Assembly (NCBI GenBank): GCA_050250955.1 | Contig: JBFWNR010000003.1 | Span: 525,120 to 589,119 of the forward strand | Reading direction: 5' to 3' | Length of the DNA stretch: 64,000 nt | From: Vicinamibacterales bacterium | GTDB taxonomy: Bacteria > Acidobacteriota > Vicinamibacteria > Vicinamibacterales > UBA2999 | Shown: piece by piece, positions 16,481-24,815 of the stretch | Position numbering within the stretch: the first letter of the stretch is position 1 | Layout of the letters: every line of letters begins with the position of its first letter | Position numbers and translations under genes: made by a program | The notes under the pieces: generated by a model | Databases searched by the model: none | The model's input: the letters and a program-made list of their open reading frames with translations, nothing else | Told to the model about the DNA's origin: nothing

Positions 16481-17665
16481 CTACAGAACCCCGAGTTCCC
16501 GCCCGACCCGGCCCATGGCGTCGAGCGCGAACTGCAATTCCTCGCGGGTGTGGGTTGCCGAGACGATGGTGCGCAGCCGGGCGGCGTCGCGGGCCACGGT
16601 CGGGAACCCGATGCCCTGGGCGAAGACGCCGGCCTCGAAGAGCCGATCCGACATCTGCATGGCGCGCGACGCCTCGCCGACGATCACCGGCGTGATCGGG
16701 CTCTCGCTCATCCCGGTGTTGAAGCCGAGCGCCGCCAGCCCGGCCTTGAAGAACCGGGTGTTCTCCCACAGCCGCTCCATCCACTGCGGCTCGGATTCGA
16801 GCACGTCGAGGGCGGCCAGGCAGGCCGCCGTGACCGCCGGCGGGTGCGACGTCGAGAACAGGAACGGCCGGGCGCGGTGGTGGAGGAACGTGATGAGGTC
16901 GCGCGACCCGGCGACGTAGCCGCCGAGGACGCCGATCGCCTTCGAGAGCGTGCCGACCTGGATGTCGACGCGGCCGTGGCACTGGAAGTGATCGACGGTG
17001 CCGCGGCCCTGGCGGCCGAAGACGCCGCTGGCGTGCGCATCGTCCACCATCATGATGCAGCCGAACTCGTCGGCGAGGTCGCAGAGCGCCGGCAGCGCGC
17101 CCAGGTCGCCGTCCATCGAGAACACGCCGTCGGTGATGAGCAGTGTCTTCTGTTCCTTCGGCAGGCCTTCGAGGATGGTCCGCGCGGCGGCGACGTCCTT
17201 GTGGGGGAACACCTTGATGGCGGCGCGGCTCAGCCGCGCCCCGTCGATGATGCTGGCGTGATTGAGGCTGTCCGAGACGATGACGTCGTCCTTGCCGAGC
17301 ACCGCCGACACCGTGCCGGCGTTGGCGGCGAAGCCGCTCTGGAAGACGACCACCGCCTCGACCTGCTTGAACGCCGCCAGCCGCCGTTCCAGCTCGACGT
17401 GCATCGCCATGGTGCCCGAGATGGTGCGGACCGCGCCCGAGCCGACGCCGAACTCGCGCACCGCGTCGAGCGCCGCCTGGCGCAGCCTGGGGTGGGTCGT
17501 CAGCCCGAGGTAGTTGTTCGACGACAGGTTGACGACCGACCGGTGGTCGTAGGTGGCGTGCGCCTTGGCCTCGCCCTCGAGGACGCGGAGCGTGCGATAC
17601 AGCCCCTGCTGCTTCAGTGACTCGAGTTCGGCGGAGAGGAAGGACAGCGGGTCAGGGCGCGACAT
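16481..17665 (-). CDS. kbl: Glycine C-acetyltransferase (2-amino-3-ketobutyrate CoA ligase)
   Basis: It resembles Kbl along its whole length, with NNYLGL, LNHASIIDGARL, ITDGVFSMDGD, MVDDAHASG and the PLP-lysine motif GTLSKAIG. Confidence 0.85.
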   Translation of the reverse strand: MSRPDPLSFLSAELESLKQQGLYRTLRVLEGEAKAHATYDHRSVVNLSSNNYLGLTTHPRLRQAALDAVREFGVGSGAVRTISGTMAMHVELERRLAAFKQVEAVVVFQSGFAANAGTVSAVLGKDDVIVSDSLNHASIIDGARLSRAAIKVFPHKDVAAARTILEGLPKEQKTLLITDGVFSMDGDLGALPALCDLADEFGCIMMVDDAHASGVFGRQGRGTVDHFQCHGRVDIQVGTLSKAIGVLGGYVAGSRDLITFLHHRARPFLFSTSHPPAVTAACLAALDVLESEPQWMERLWENTRFFKAGLAALGFNTGMSESPITPVIVGEASRAMQMSDRLFEAGVFAQGIGFPTVARDAARLRTIVSATHTREELQFALDAMGRVGRELGVL

Positions 17666-17678
17666 GGCAGGACATTAT

Positions 17679-17790
17679 CTAGCGGCTGGCGGCTAGCGGC
17701 TAGCGGCTAGGCTCCGACGGAGTCCGTGCGACCGCTGCTGGCAAGGGCGTAAGTTCGCTAGCGGCTAGCCGCTAGCCGCCAGCCGCTGGT
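17679..17790. repeat. Inverted pair of GGCTAGC/GGCTGGC heptad arrays (large imperfect palindrome) between two minus-strand genes
   Basis: The left arm (agcggctggcggctagcggctagc, 17681-17704) is complementary to the right arm (gctagccgctagccgccagccgct, about 17765-17788). The loop is about 55-60 nt. There are multiple GCTAGC palindromes. Confidence 0.85.
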
Positions 17791-17821
17791 CACGCGACGG
17801 GCTGCTCACGAGCCCGACGCG

Positions 17822-19804
17822 CTAGCGCGTCGGCAACGTGAGCAGGACGTCGCCGTCCATGAACCACGCCACCGGCTCCGCCCCGGCGAGCCGCGCCCAG
17901 CCGATGACGGCGTCGCGTTCGATCTCGGCGTAGGCGCCGCCGTGGATGAGCAGGTGCGTGGCCCCGGAACTGGTCACCGCCTGCCACGCCGCGTCGCGGT
18001 CGCTCCACAGCCCGGCGAGGCGGGCGGCGCGGGCGCGGTAGCCGTCGGGGAAATAGCCGCTGTAGCCGTTGACGATCCGTTTGCCGTGCAGGCCGGCGTA
18101 GTAGACGTAGCGCAGGTCCCACGCCTGGTCGCCGAACGGCAGCTCGATGACGGTGGTGTCGGCCGGCATGGCGACCAGGTAGCGGTAGGCGAGCGGGCCG
18201 TCGTTCAGCCGGAACACGGCCGGCCACGGCGGCAGGTAGCGCGCGCTCGACGTCCAGGTGAGGTTCACCGGCATCGGCACCGCGTAAGCTTCGACCAGGA
18301 ACGCCACACCGACCAGCGCCAGCGCCGCGGTGCCGACGCGGGCGGCGCGGCCCAGTCGCGCCAGCGCGTAGCCGCCGAGCACGGCCAGCAGCAGCGACGC
18401 CACCATGCCGAAGCGTGCCGGCGCCCGCAGCCCGGCGAAGCCCGGCACGTAGGTGTAGAACGCCTCGTAGAGGTTCATGCCGACCAGGCGCTCACCGCCG
18501 GCCCTCGGCACCGGGCCGAGCGACATCACCACCGCGAAGACGATACCGGCGATGAGGAAGGGCGTCAGATCGGTCGATCGCGTGCGCCAGGCCGCACGCA
18601 GCCGCGGCGAGACGGCCAGCGCGGCCAGCGCCGCGACCGCCACGTAGGTCAGCGTACGGCGCACGTTGGTGACGCGGATGGGCACGCCGCCCGGGTCCCA
18701 CACGAAGCCGCCGGTGACGGCGACCCCGCCGGCGACGACCACGCCGGCCGCCGCCGCGGCGAGCAGGAGACGCGCCAGGCGACGCTCGCGCGCCGGCGCG
18801 TCGGCGGTCACCTGGTGCACGGCCCGCCCGGTGGCGATCACCCAGACGAGCGCCGCGGCCAGCGCCGCCAGGAGCGGCAGCGCCCCGGGGAAGAGGTCGC
18901 CTTCCGGCTGCGGGAAGCGGTTGAGGATCGATCCCCACACGTGGACCTGCGGCGGGGTGTGCGCGTAGGCATAGAGATCCGCCGAGAAGCCGATCACCTC
19001 GCCGAACGGCCGCGTGAAGCCGAGCCGATCCCTGGCCTCCTGGTAGGGCAGGAGGAACGGCAGCGTCAGCGCCAGCGCCGCGGCGCCGGCGCCGGCCAGC
19101 CCCAGCCACGTCCGCAGGTCGCGGAGCCGCCGCCGCGCCACGACCTCCCACAGCGCATAGGCGCCGAACACCGGGGCGAAATAGAACAGGTAGTAGCCGC
19201 TCGACAGGCCCTGCACCACGAAGGCGAGGGTGCCGCCGGCCAGCCCCGTCCAGCGCCCGGTGTCGAACCAGCGACGCAGGCCGAAGAGCGCAAACGGCAT
19301 CCACTGCGACGAGATCGTCTGGATGTGCGGGAACTGCCCGAGCCGGTACGGCAGGAACGCGTAGAACAGGCCGGCGACGAAGCCGGCGCGCGCGCTGCCG
19401 GTCAGCTCCCGGACCAGGAGGAACGTGCCGAGCCCCGACAGTGCGAAGGTGGCGAGGAAGGCGACGTTGTAGGCCAGCACGACGTTGCCGGTCGCGAGAT
19501 ACAGCGGCAGGCCCTGCAGGGCCTGCGGCACGAGGTGCTCCGAGAAGGTCAGGCTGAGCGGCGTGGGATGGAAGATGTTGGCGTTCCACAGATCGGCGAA
19601 CGTCATCTGCCCGCCGGCAATCGCCAGCACGCCTTCGGCCACCCAGGCCAGGATCCACATGTTGAGCAGTGAGTCGCCGAGGTCGGCCGGCACGTCGCGG
19701 GACAGGCCGGCGGCGATCGGCCAGGTCATCACCACCGTGAGCGCGGTGTAGGCCGCCACCGCGGCGGTGGTCTGGACGCCGCGACGCTGCAGGGCGGCGA
19801 TCAC
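17822..19804 (-). CDS. Large polytopic membrane protein, GT-C-fold-like (putative glycosyltransferase); paralogue of 23123-24811
   Basis: I chose the GTG at 19804 (VIAALQRRGVQTTAAVAAYTALTVVMTWPIAAG), which avoids overlap with the aminotransferase gene. It shares the N-terminal block TWP...DLGDSL..W.LAW and the C-terminal block ELPFG...RY.Y....HG.R..NGYSG..P.GY with the paralogue. Confidence 0.6.
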   Translation of the reverse strand: MIAALQRRGVQTTAAVAAYTALTVVMTWPIAAGLSRDVPADLGDSLLNMWILAWVAEGVLAIAGGQMTFADLWNANIFHPTPLSLTFSEHLVPQALQGLPLYLATGNVVLAYNVAFLATFALSGLGTFLLVRELTGSARAGFVAGLFYAFLPYRLGQFPHIQTISSQWMPFALFGLRRWFDTGRWTGLAGGTLAFVVQGLSSGYYLFYFAPVFGAYALWEVVARRRLRDLRTWLGLAGAGAAALALTLPFLLPYQEARDRLGFTRPFGEVIGFSADLYAYAHTPPQVHVWGSILNRFPQPEGDLFPGALPLLAALAAALVWVIATGRAVHQVTADAPARERRLARLLLAAAAAGVVVAGGVAVTGGFVWDPGGVPIRVTNVRRTLTYVAVAALAALAVSPRLRAAWRTRSTDLTPFLIAGIVFAVVMSLGPVPRAGGERLVGMNLYEAFYTYVPGFAGLRAPARFGMVASLLLAVLGGYALARLGRAARVGTAALALVGVAFLVEAYAVPMPVNLTWTSSARYLPPWPAVFRLNDGPLAYRYLVAMPADTTVIELPFGDQAWDLRYVYYAGLHGKRIVNGYSGYFPDGYRARAARLAGLWSDRDAAWQAVTSSGATHLLIHGGAYAEIERDAVIGWARLAGAEPVAWFMDGDVLLTLPTR

Positions 19805-19847
19805 GATCGATGGGCGACGGGCCGGAGCCGGCCGCGCCGAAGGCGAC

Positions 19848-21062
19848 TCACGCCGACTGGAACTCGCGCGCGTACTCGGCGACCTCGTCGTAGATCGTGC
19901 CCAGCTCCGCCGGTGAGGCCAGGAACACGACGCGGAAATAGCCACCGTCGGCGGGCAGGCCGAACCCCGAGCCGTGCACGCACAGGATACCGCGGGCGCG
20001 GAGCAGGCCGAGCACGAAGTCCTCGTCGGTCCTGCCCGGCGGCAGCGTCACCTGCGGCATGGCATAAAAGGCCGCCTGCGGCGTCACCACCTGCATGCCG
20101 GGCATGGCGTTGAACCGCGCCGCGGTGAGTTCGGCGCGGAGGCGCAACTCGCGGCGGAACGCCGCCTGATGTGAGCGGTCGCCGGTGAGCGCCGCCGTGA
20201 CCGCGTACTGCATCGGACCGGGGCTGCACAGCCGGCCGTCGGCCAGCTTCTTGATCGCCGCCAGCGCGTCGTCGAGCCGCGGCGTCGATCCGACCGCCAT
20301 CCAGCCGGCCCGCCAGCCCGGCGCCAGATAGGCCTTCGACAGACTCGAGTAGGAGATGATCGCGGCGTCTGGCGCAATCGCCGCCAGCGGCGGCACCGGC
20401 CCGTCGAAGCCCAGGTCGCCGTAGACCTCGTCGGCGAGGATCACCAGGCCGCGCGCCTCGGCGAACTCGAGCAGTTGGCGCCGCACCGCGTCGGGATAGA
20501 TCGCACCGGTCGGGTTGTTGGGGTCGATGAGGACCAGCGCCCGGGTCCTGGCGGTGACGGCCTGCGCCAGCCGATCCAGGTCGGGCAGCCAGCCCTGCGC
20601 GGGATCGGTGCGGTAATAGACCGGGTTGGCGCCGATCTTGGCCAGCACGGCCGTGTAGAGCGGATAGGTCGGCGACGGGACGAGTACGTCTTCCCCCTCG
20701 TCGACGATCGCCGTGAGCGCCAGCTCGATGCCTTCCGAGGTGCCCGACGTGATGAGGACGCGGTCGGGCGAGACCGCGACGCCGCGGGCCGTGAAGTCGG
20801 CCGCCGCCGCCTCGCGGGCGCTGGCGATGCCGGCCGACGCGGTGTAGCCGTTGTGGCCGTCGCGCATCGCCGTGGCCACCGCCTCGATGAGGTGGGGCGG
20901 CGTCTGGAAGCCGAACGCGATCGGGTCGCCGATGTTCAGGTAGCGCACCGTCCGCCCGGTGGCCTCCACCTTCCGGGCCTCGGCCACCACCTGGCGGATG
21001 GCGTAGGAGAAGCGGCCGACGCGGGCGGCGGCGCGAATGGCTGACCCGGTGCTGGTGGGCAT
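19848..21062 (-). CDS. Class I/II PLP-dependent aminotransferase (AlaA-like)
   Basis: I chose the internal ATG at 21062 (MPTSTGSAIR), giving 404 aa. Supporting motifs are YLNIGDP, GYTASAGI and the PLP-lysine motif SSLSKAYLAPGWRAGW. Confidence 0.85.
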   Translation of the reverse strand: MPTSTGSAIRAAARVGRFSYAIRQVVAEARKVEATGRTVRYLNIGDPIAFGFQTPPHLIEAVATAMRDGHNGYTASAGIASAREAAAADFTARGVAVSPDRVLITSGTSEGIELALTAIVDEGEDVLVPSPTYPLYTAVLAKIGANPVYYRTDPAQGWLPDLDRLAQAVTARTRALVLIDPNNPTGAIYPDAVRRQLLEFAEARGLVILADEVYGDLGFDGPVPPLAAIAPDAAIISYSSLSKAYLAPGWRAGWMAVGSTPRLDDALAAIKKLADGRLCSPGPMQYAVTAALTGDRSHQAAFRRELRLRAELTAARFNAMPGMQVVTPQAAFYAMPQVTLPPGRTDEDFVLGLLRARGILCVHGSGFGLPADGGYFRVVFLASPAELGTIYDEVAEYAREFQSA

Positions 21063-21276
21063 GACGGGAAATCTTAGCAGCGCGGCCACCGCCGGGCGGG
21101 GCGCCGTGCCGGCCCTGGAATCGGGCTCGCGCCGAGCCGATACGACCATTGGCGGTGTGTCGATTCGTGCACCCCGGCCGCGACGGCAGGGAAGCCTTTA
21201 CAGCCGGCGTGTAAGAGTTACGCCTTTTTCCGCAATTTTCTTCACATTCCAGAACCGTCGAATTCAGGCAACGTCA

Positions 21277-22287
21277 ATGAAATCAACACTTAACACCGAT
21301 GGCACGCGGGTTGTTTCCAGTTCGGGCATGCTCGCCGTGGTCGCATCCCTCGTGACCGTCATGGTGGCCGGCACGGCGTCGGCGCAGACGGGCGCCGGCC
21401 AGGCCGGCCAGCCCCCGGACGCGGGCGTGTTCCGTTCGGGCGTGGACTTGGTGACGGTCAGCGCCACGGTGCGGGACCGGCGGGGGCGGGCCGTGGCCGA
21501 CCTCGCCGCCAGCGACTTCCAGGTGTTCGATCGCGGCGTGGAGCGCCCGATCGCCGAGTTCCGGACCGAAGCCGCGCCGGTGAGCGTGGCGATCCTGTTC
21601 GACGTCAGCGGCAGCATGGACCTTGCGTCCAGGGCGCTTGCCGCACGGTTTGCGGCCCACCATGTGCTCTCCTGGTTGGAGCACGGCCGCGACGAAGCCG
21701 CGCTGTTCGCGTTTGACAGCCGGCTGCACGAGGTGGCCCCGTTTACGGTCGATACGCGTGCCCTTCAAGGTGCGCTGGGGGAGGTCGATCCGTTCGGGGC
21801 CACTTCGCTGCATGACGCCATCGCCGACACGGCGCGGCGCATTTCCGAGCGGGCGAACCGCCGCCGTGCCATCATCGTGCTGACCGACGGCATCGACACG
21901 GCGAGCCGGCTCACGCCTGCCGACGTCTCGGGCATCGCCAGCGAGATCGACGTGCCGGTCTACGTCGTCGCCGTGGTGCTGCCCATCGACAACCCCGACG
22001 CCAACGGGCGCCCCTCTCTCGAGGAGCAGGTGCCGTTGACGGTGGGAACGATCCGCGAACTGGCGGCGTGGACGGGAGGCGAGCTGTTCTACGCGAGCAC
22101 GCCGTCGGACACGAGCAAGGTGGCCCGGCAGATCGTGCGCGAGCTGCGTCAGCAGTATCTGATCGCGTTCGAGCCGAGCACGGGGGCCGGGTGGCACCCG
22201 ATTGAGATCCGGACGACGAAGAAGAACCTGACGGTTCGGGCGCGCGGCGGCTATGTGGCCGGCGGCGCGCGGAGTGACGAGTTCTAG
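21277..22287 (+). CDS. Secreted VWA-domain protein (acidobacterial VWFA-related type)
   Basis: The ATG at 21277 follows an AT-richer leader. The protein has a signal peptide (VASLVTVMVAGTASAQ) and a MIDAS motif (ILFDVSGSM). Confidence 0.8.
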   Translation: MKSTLNTDGTRVVSSSGMLAVVASLVTVMVAGTASAQTGAGQAGQPPDAGVFRSGVDLVTVSATVRDRRGRAVADLAASDFQVFDRGVERPIAEFRTEAAPVSVAILFDVSGSMDLASRALAARFAAHHVLSWLEHGRDEAALFAFDSRLHEVAPFTVDTRALQGALGEVDPFGATSLHDAIADTARRISERANRRRAIIVLTDGIDTASRLTPADVSGIASEIDVPVYVVAVVLPIDNPDANGRPSLEEQVPLTVGTIRELAAWTGGELFYASTPSDTSKVARQIVRELRQQYLIAFEPSTGAGWHPIEIRTTKKNLTVRARGGYVAGGARSDEF

Positions 22288-22337
22288 CGGCGCGAGGGCC
22301 CGCTAGCAGAAGACCAGAGGCGTCTGAGGAGGACCCC

Positions 22338-23024
22338 ATGAAGAAAACCCTGTTCGTCATGAGTTGCTTTGCTGTGACCCTGGCCGTGGCGCCCGCCTGC
22401 GCGACCAAGAAGTTCGTGCGCACCGAGGTCGGCATGGTGAACGACAAGGTCACCACGATGGGCAAGTCGCTCGAGGAGACGCAGGAACGCGTGCGTGTCG
22501 CCGAGCAGCGCATCGGTGAAGTCGACACCAAGGCCGGCCAGGCCGGTCAGGCGGCCCAGCAGGCCAACACCGCGGCCCAGGCCGCGCAGACCACCGGCAA
22601 CCAGGCGATGGAGGTCGGCAAGACGGCCGCCGCCCGCGCCGAGGCCGTCGAGGCGTCGGCCCGCAAGCTCATCTTCGAGACCGTGCTGAGCGACGACAAG
22701 GCCAAGTTCGCCTACAACCGCTCGACGCTGTCCGACGAGGCCAAGGCCGAGATCGACGCGATGGTCGGCCAGCTGAAGGACCAGAAGACCGCCATCTGGG
22801 TCGAGATCGAGGGCCACACCGACAACACCGGCGACGCCGCCTACAACCAGGAGCTGGGTCTGGCCCGCGCCGAGGCCGTCAAGCGCTACCTCTACGAGCA
22901 GCACCAGGTGCCGCTGCACAAGATGAACGCGATCAGCTTCGGCGAAGAGAAGCCGGTGGTCGACAACAAGACCCGCGACAACCGCGCCCAGAACCGCCGG
23001 GTGGTGATCAAGGTCCTCGGCTAG
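22338..23024 (+). CDS. OmpA-family lipoprotein with an N-terminal coiled-coil
   Basis: It has a GGAGGA SD, a lipobox-like LAVAPAC, a Gln/Ala-rich helical segment, and an OmpA_C motif (EGHTDNTGDAAYNQELGLARAEAV). Confidence 0.88.
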   Translation: MKKTLFVMSCFAVTLAVAPACATKKFVRTEVGMVNDKVTTMGKSLEETQERVRVAEQRIGEVDTKAGQAGQAAQQANTAAQAAQTTGNQAMEVGKTAAARAEAVEASARKLIFETVLSDDKAKFAYNRSTLSDEAKAEIDAMVGQLKDQKTAIWVEIEGHTDNTGDAAYNQELGLARAEAVKRYLYEQHQVPLHKMNAISFGEEKPVVDNKTRDNRAQNRRVVIKVLG

Positions 23025-23073
23025 AACGGGGCCCGCGGACCGGGGCGCGCGCCTCGGGACGGTCAAACGCAGC

Positions 23074-23098
23074 GGCCGGGGACTTCGGTTCCCCGGCC
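23074..23098. terminator. Bidirectional hairpin terminator between convergent genes
   Basis: The sequence is GGCCGGGGA-CTTCGGT-TCCCCGGCC, a 9-bp GC stem. It lies between the OmpA stop (23024) and the stop of the minus-strand membrane protein (23123). Confidence 0.6.
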
Positions 23099-23122
23099 GT
23101 TCGCGTGTACGGCCGGCGCGCG

Positions 23123-24811
23123 TCAGCGCGGCGGCAGTTCGTAGAGGCGGGCGCCGTCGCCGGCGTCGACGACGAGCCGGGCGCCGCGGCCCTCGAGCCA
23201 CGTCGCGATTCGCCCGGCGGTGTCGTCAGGCCAGGCGGCGCCGTGCACGAGCACGTAGGTGGCCGGCGCGAGGGCGGCCCAGGCCGCGTCCGGGTCGCGG
23301 GTGGGATCGGCGAGGGCGGCCTGCCGTGCCGTGTAGCCGGCGGGCAGCAACCCGCTGTAACCGTTCAGCACCCGTCGCCCGTGCAGACGCGTGAACCAGG
23401 TGTAGCGCACCTCGTAGGCAGTGGTGCCGAAGGGCAGCTCGACGAGCACGGCCTCGGGTGGTACCCGAAAATAGACCGGCGGCGCCGCCACGCCCGGAGG
23501 CAGGTTGGGCGGCGCGAAGACGGCGGGATGGAGGTAGGCCGGCGGCTGAGCCAGCGGTGCGCTGACGATCGGCACGTCGATCGGAAACGGCCGCGACCAC
23601 GCGGTGCGGGTCGAGAGCGCCACGACCGCGACCACCACCACCAGCCCCGCGCGCCAGCGCGCCAGCCACACCGCGCCGAATCCCGCCAGAATCGACAGGA
23701 ACACCGTGGCCACCGCGACGAAGCGGTGCGGAACCCGCAGACCGCTGAATCCTGGCACCGCCGCGCTCAAGAGGGCGTAGGGGCCGGTGACGGTCGTGGC
23801 GCCGACCGTGACGATCGGGCCGAACGACAGGGCCACCGCGGCGGCCGCGAACGCCAGCAGCGCGCCGCGGGAGCGGCGCGACAGACCGTGCGGTCCGGCC
23901 GGTCCGACCGCCACGCCGACGACGGCCAGCGCCGCCAGCGGTCCGAGCCACGGCAGCGCGCCGCGATAGGCCGCGACCGACGCCGAGTTGCCGGCCATCT
24001 CCTGTGCCGTGCGGGCCACCTGCAACGCCTCGCGCGTCGCCAGATAGCGGGCGGCGATCGGCAGCACGACCAGGAGCGACGCCGCCGCGGCGATGGCCAG
24101 GCCGGTCCACACACGCGGGTCGCGCAGCCGTCCGTGCCGCGCCATCGACCACACCGCGACGGCGACGGTGAAGGGCGCGCAGTAGGCGAGCAGGTAATTC
24201 GACGACAGATGCAGCAGCACCAGCGCCAGCGTCAGGCCGGCCAGCGCCGCCGCCCGGCCCGTCGCCACGAACCGGTCGAGCGCCCACAGCGCGAGGATCC
24301 ACCAGTGGATCGACAGCGTGTGCAGGTGGACGATCGACCAGAAGAACCGGTAGTCCGAGAACGTGCAGGTCAGGCCGGCGACGACGCCAGCCAGGTGATG
24401 GCCTGACAACCGGACCGTCAGCTGGTGCGCGGCCAGGCCGGTCAACGCGATGGTGGCCAGGAAGACGAAGTTGTAGCCGGCGATGGCGCTGCCGGTCAGG
24501 CGGAGCACCGGCAGGGCCTGCACGCTCTGGGCGAGGAAGTGCTCCGAGAAGGTCAGGGCGTCGGGCGCCGGCGCGAAGATCGGCGCCTGCCACATCGCCG
24601 TCCAGGCGCCGAAGTCGCCGCCGAGCACCGCCCACAAGTGGTCGCCGACCCAGGCCATGACCCAGGCGACAAACAGCGAGTCGCCGTAGTCGCCGGCGAG
24701 TCTGGTCGTGGGGCCGAGCGCCAGTGGCCAGGTCACTGCCACCGCCGCCGCTCCGTAGGCGGCCGCCAGCCCCCAGCTCAGCGATCGCGGCGCGGCGTCG
24801 CCCCCGCGCAT
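23123..24811 (-). CDS. Polytopic membrane protein, GT-C-fold-like (putative glycosyltransferase); paralogue of 17822-19804
   Basis: The ATG at 24811 lies 5 nt after the GT2 stop. The N-terminal block is VTWPLALGPTTRLAGDYGDSLFVAWVMAWV. There are many TM helices. The C-terminal soluble block is conserved with the paralogue. Confidence 0.6.
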   Translation of the reverse strand: MRGGDAAPRSLSWGLAAAYGAAAVAVTWPLALGPTTRLAGDYGDSLFVAWVMAWVGDHLWAVLGGDFGAWTAMWQAPIFAPAPDALTFSEHFLAQSVQALPVLRLTGSAIAGYNFVFLATIALTGLAAHQLTVRLSGHHLAGVVAGLTCTFSDYRFFWSIVHLHTLSIHWWILALWALDRFVATGRAAALAGLTLALVLLHLSSNYLLAYCAPFTVAVAVWSMARHGRLRDPRVWTGLAIAAAASLLVVLPIAARYLATREALQVARTAQEMAGNSASVAAYRGALPWLGPLAALAVVGVAVGPAGPHGLSRRSRGALLAFAAAAVALSFGPIVTVGATTVTGPYALLSAAVPGFSGLRVPHRFVAVATVFLSILAGFGAVWLARWRAGLVVVVAVVALSTRTAWSRPFPIDVPIVSAPLAQPPAYLHPAVFAPPNLPPGVAAPPVYFRVPPEAVLVELPFGTTAYEVRYTWFTRLHGRRVLNGYSGLLPAGYTARQAALADPTRDPDAAWAALAPATYVLVHGAAWPDDTAGRIATWLEGRGARLVVDAGDGARLYELPPR

Positions 24812-24815
24812 CGTG

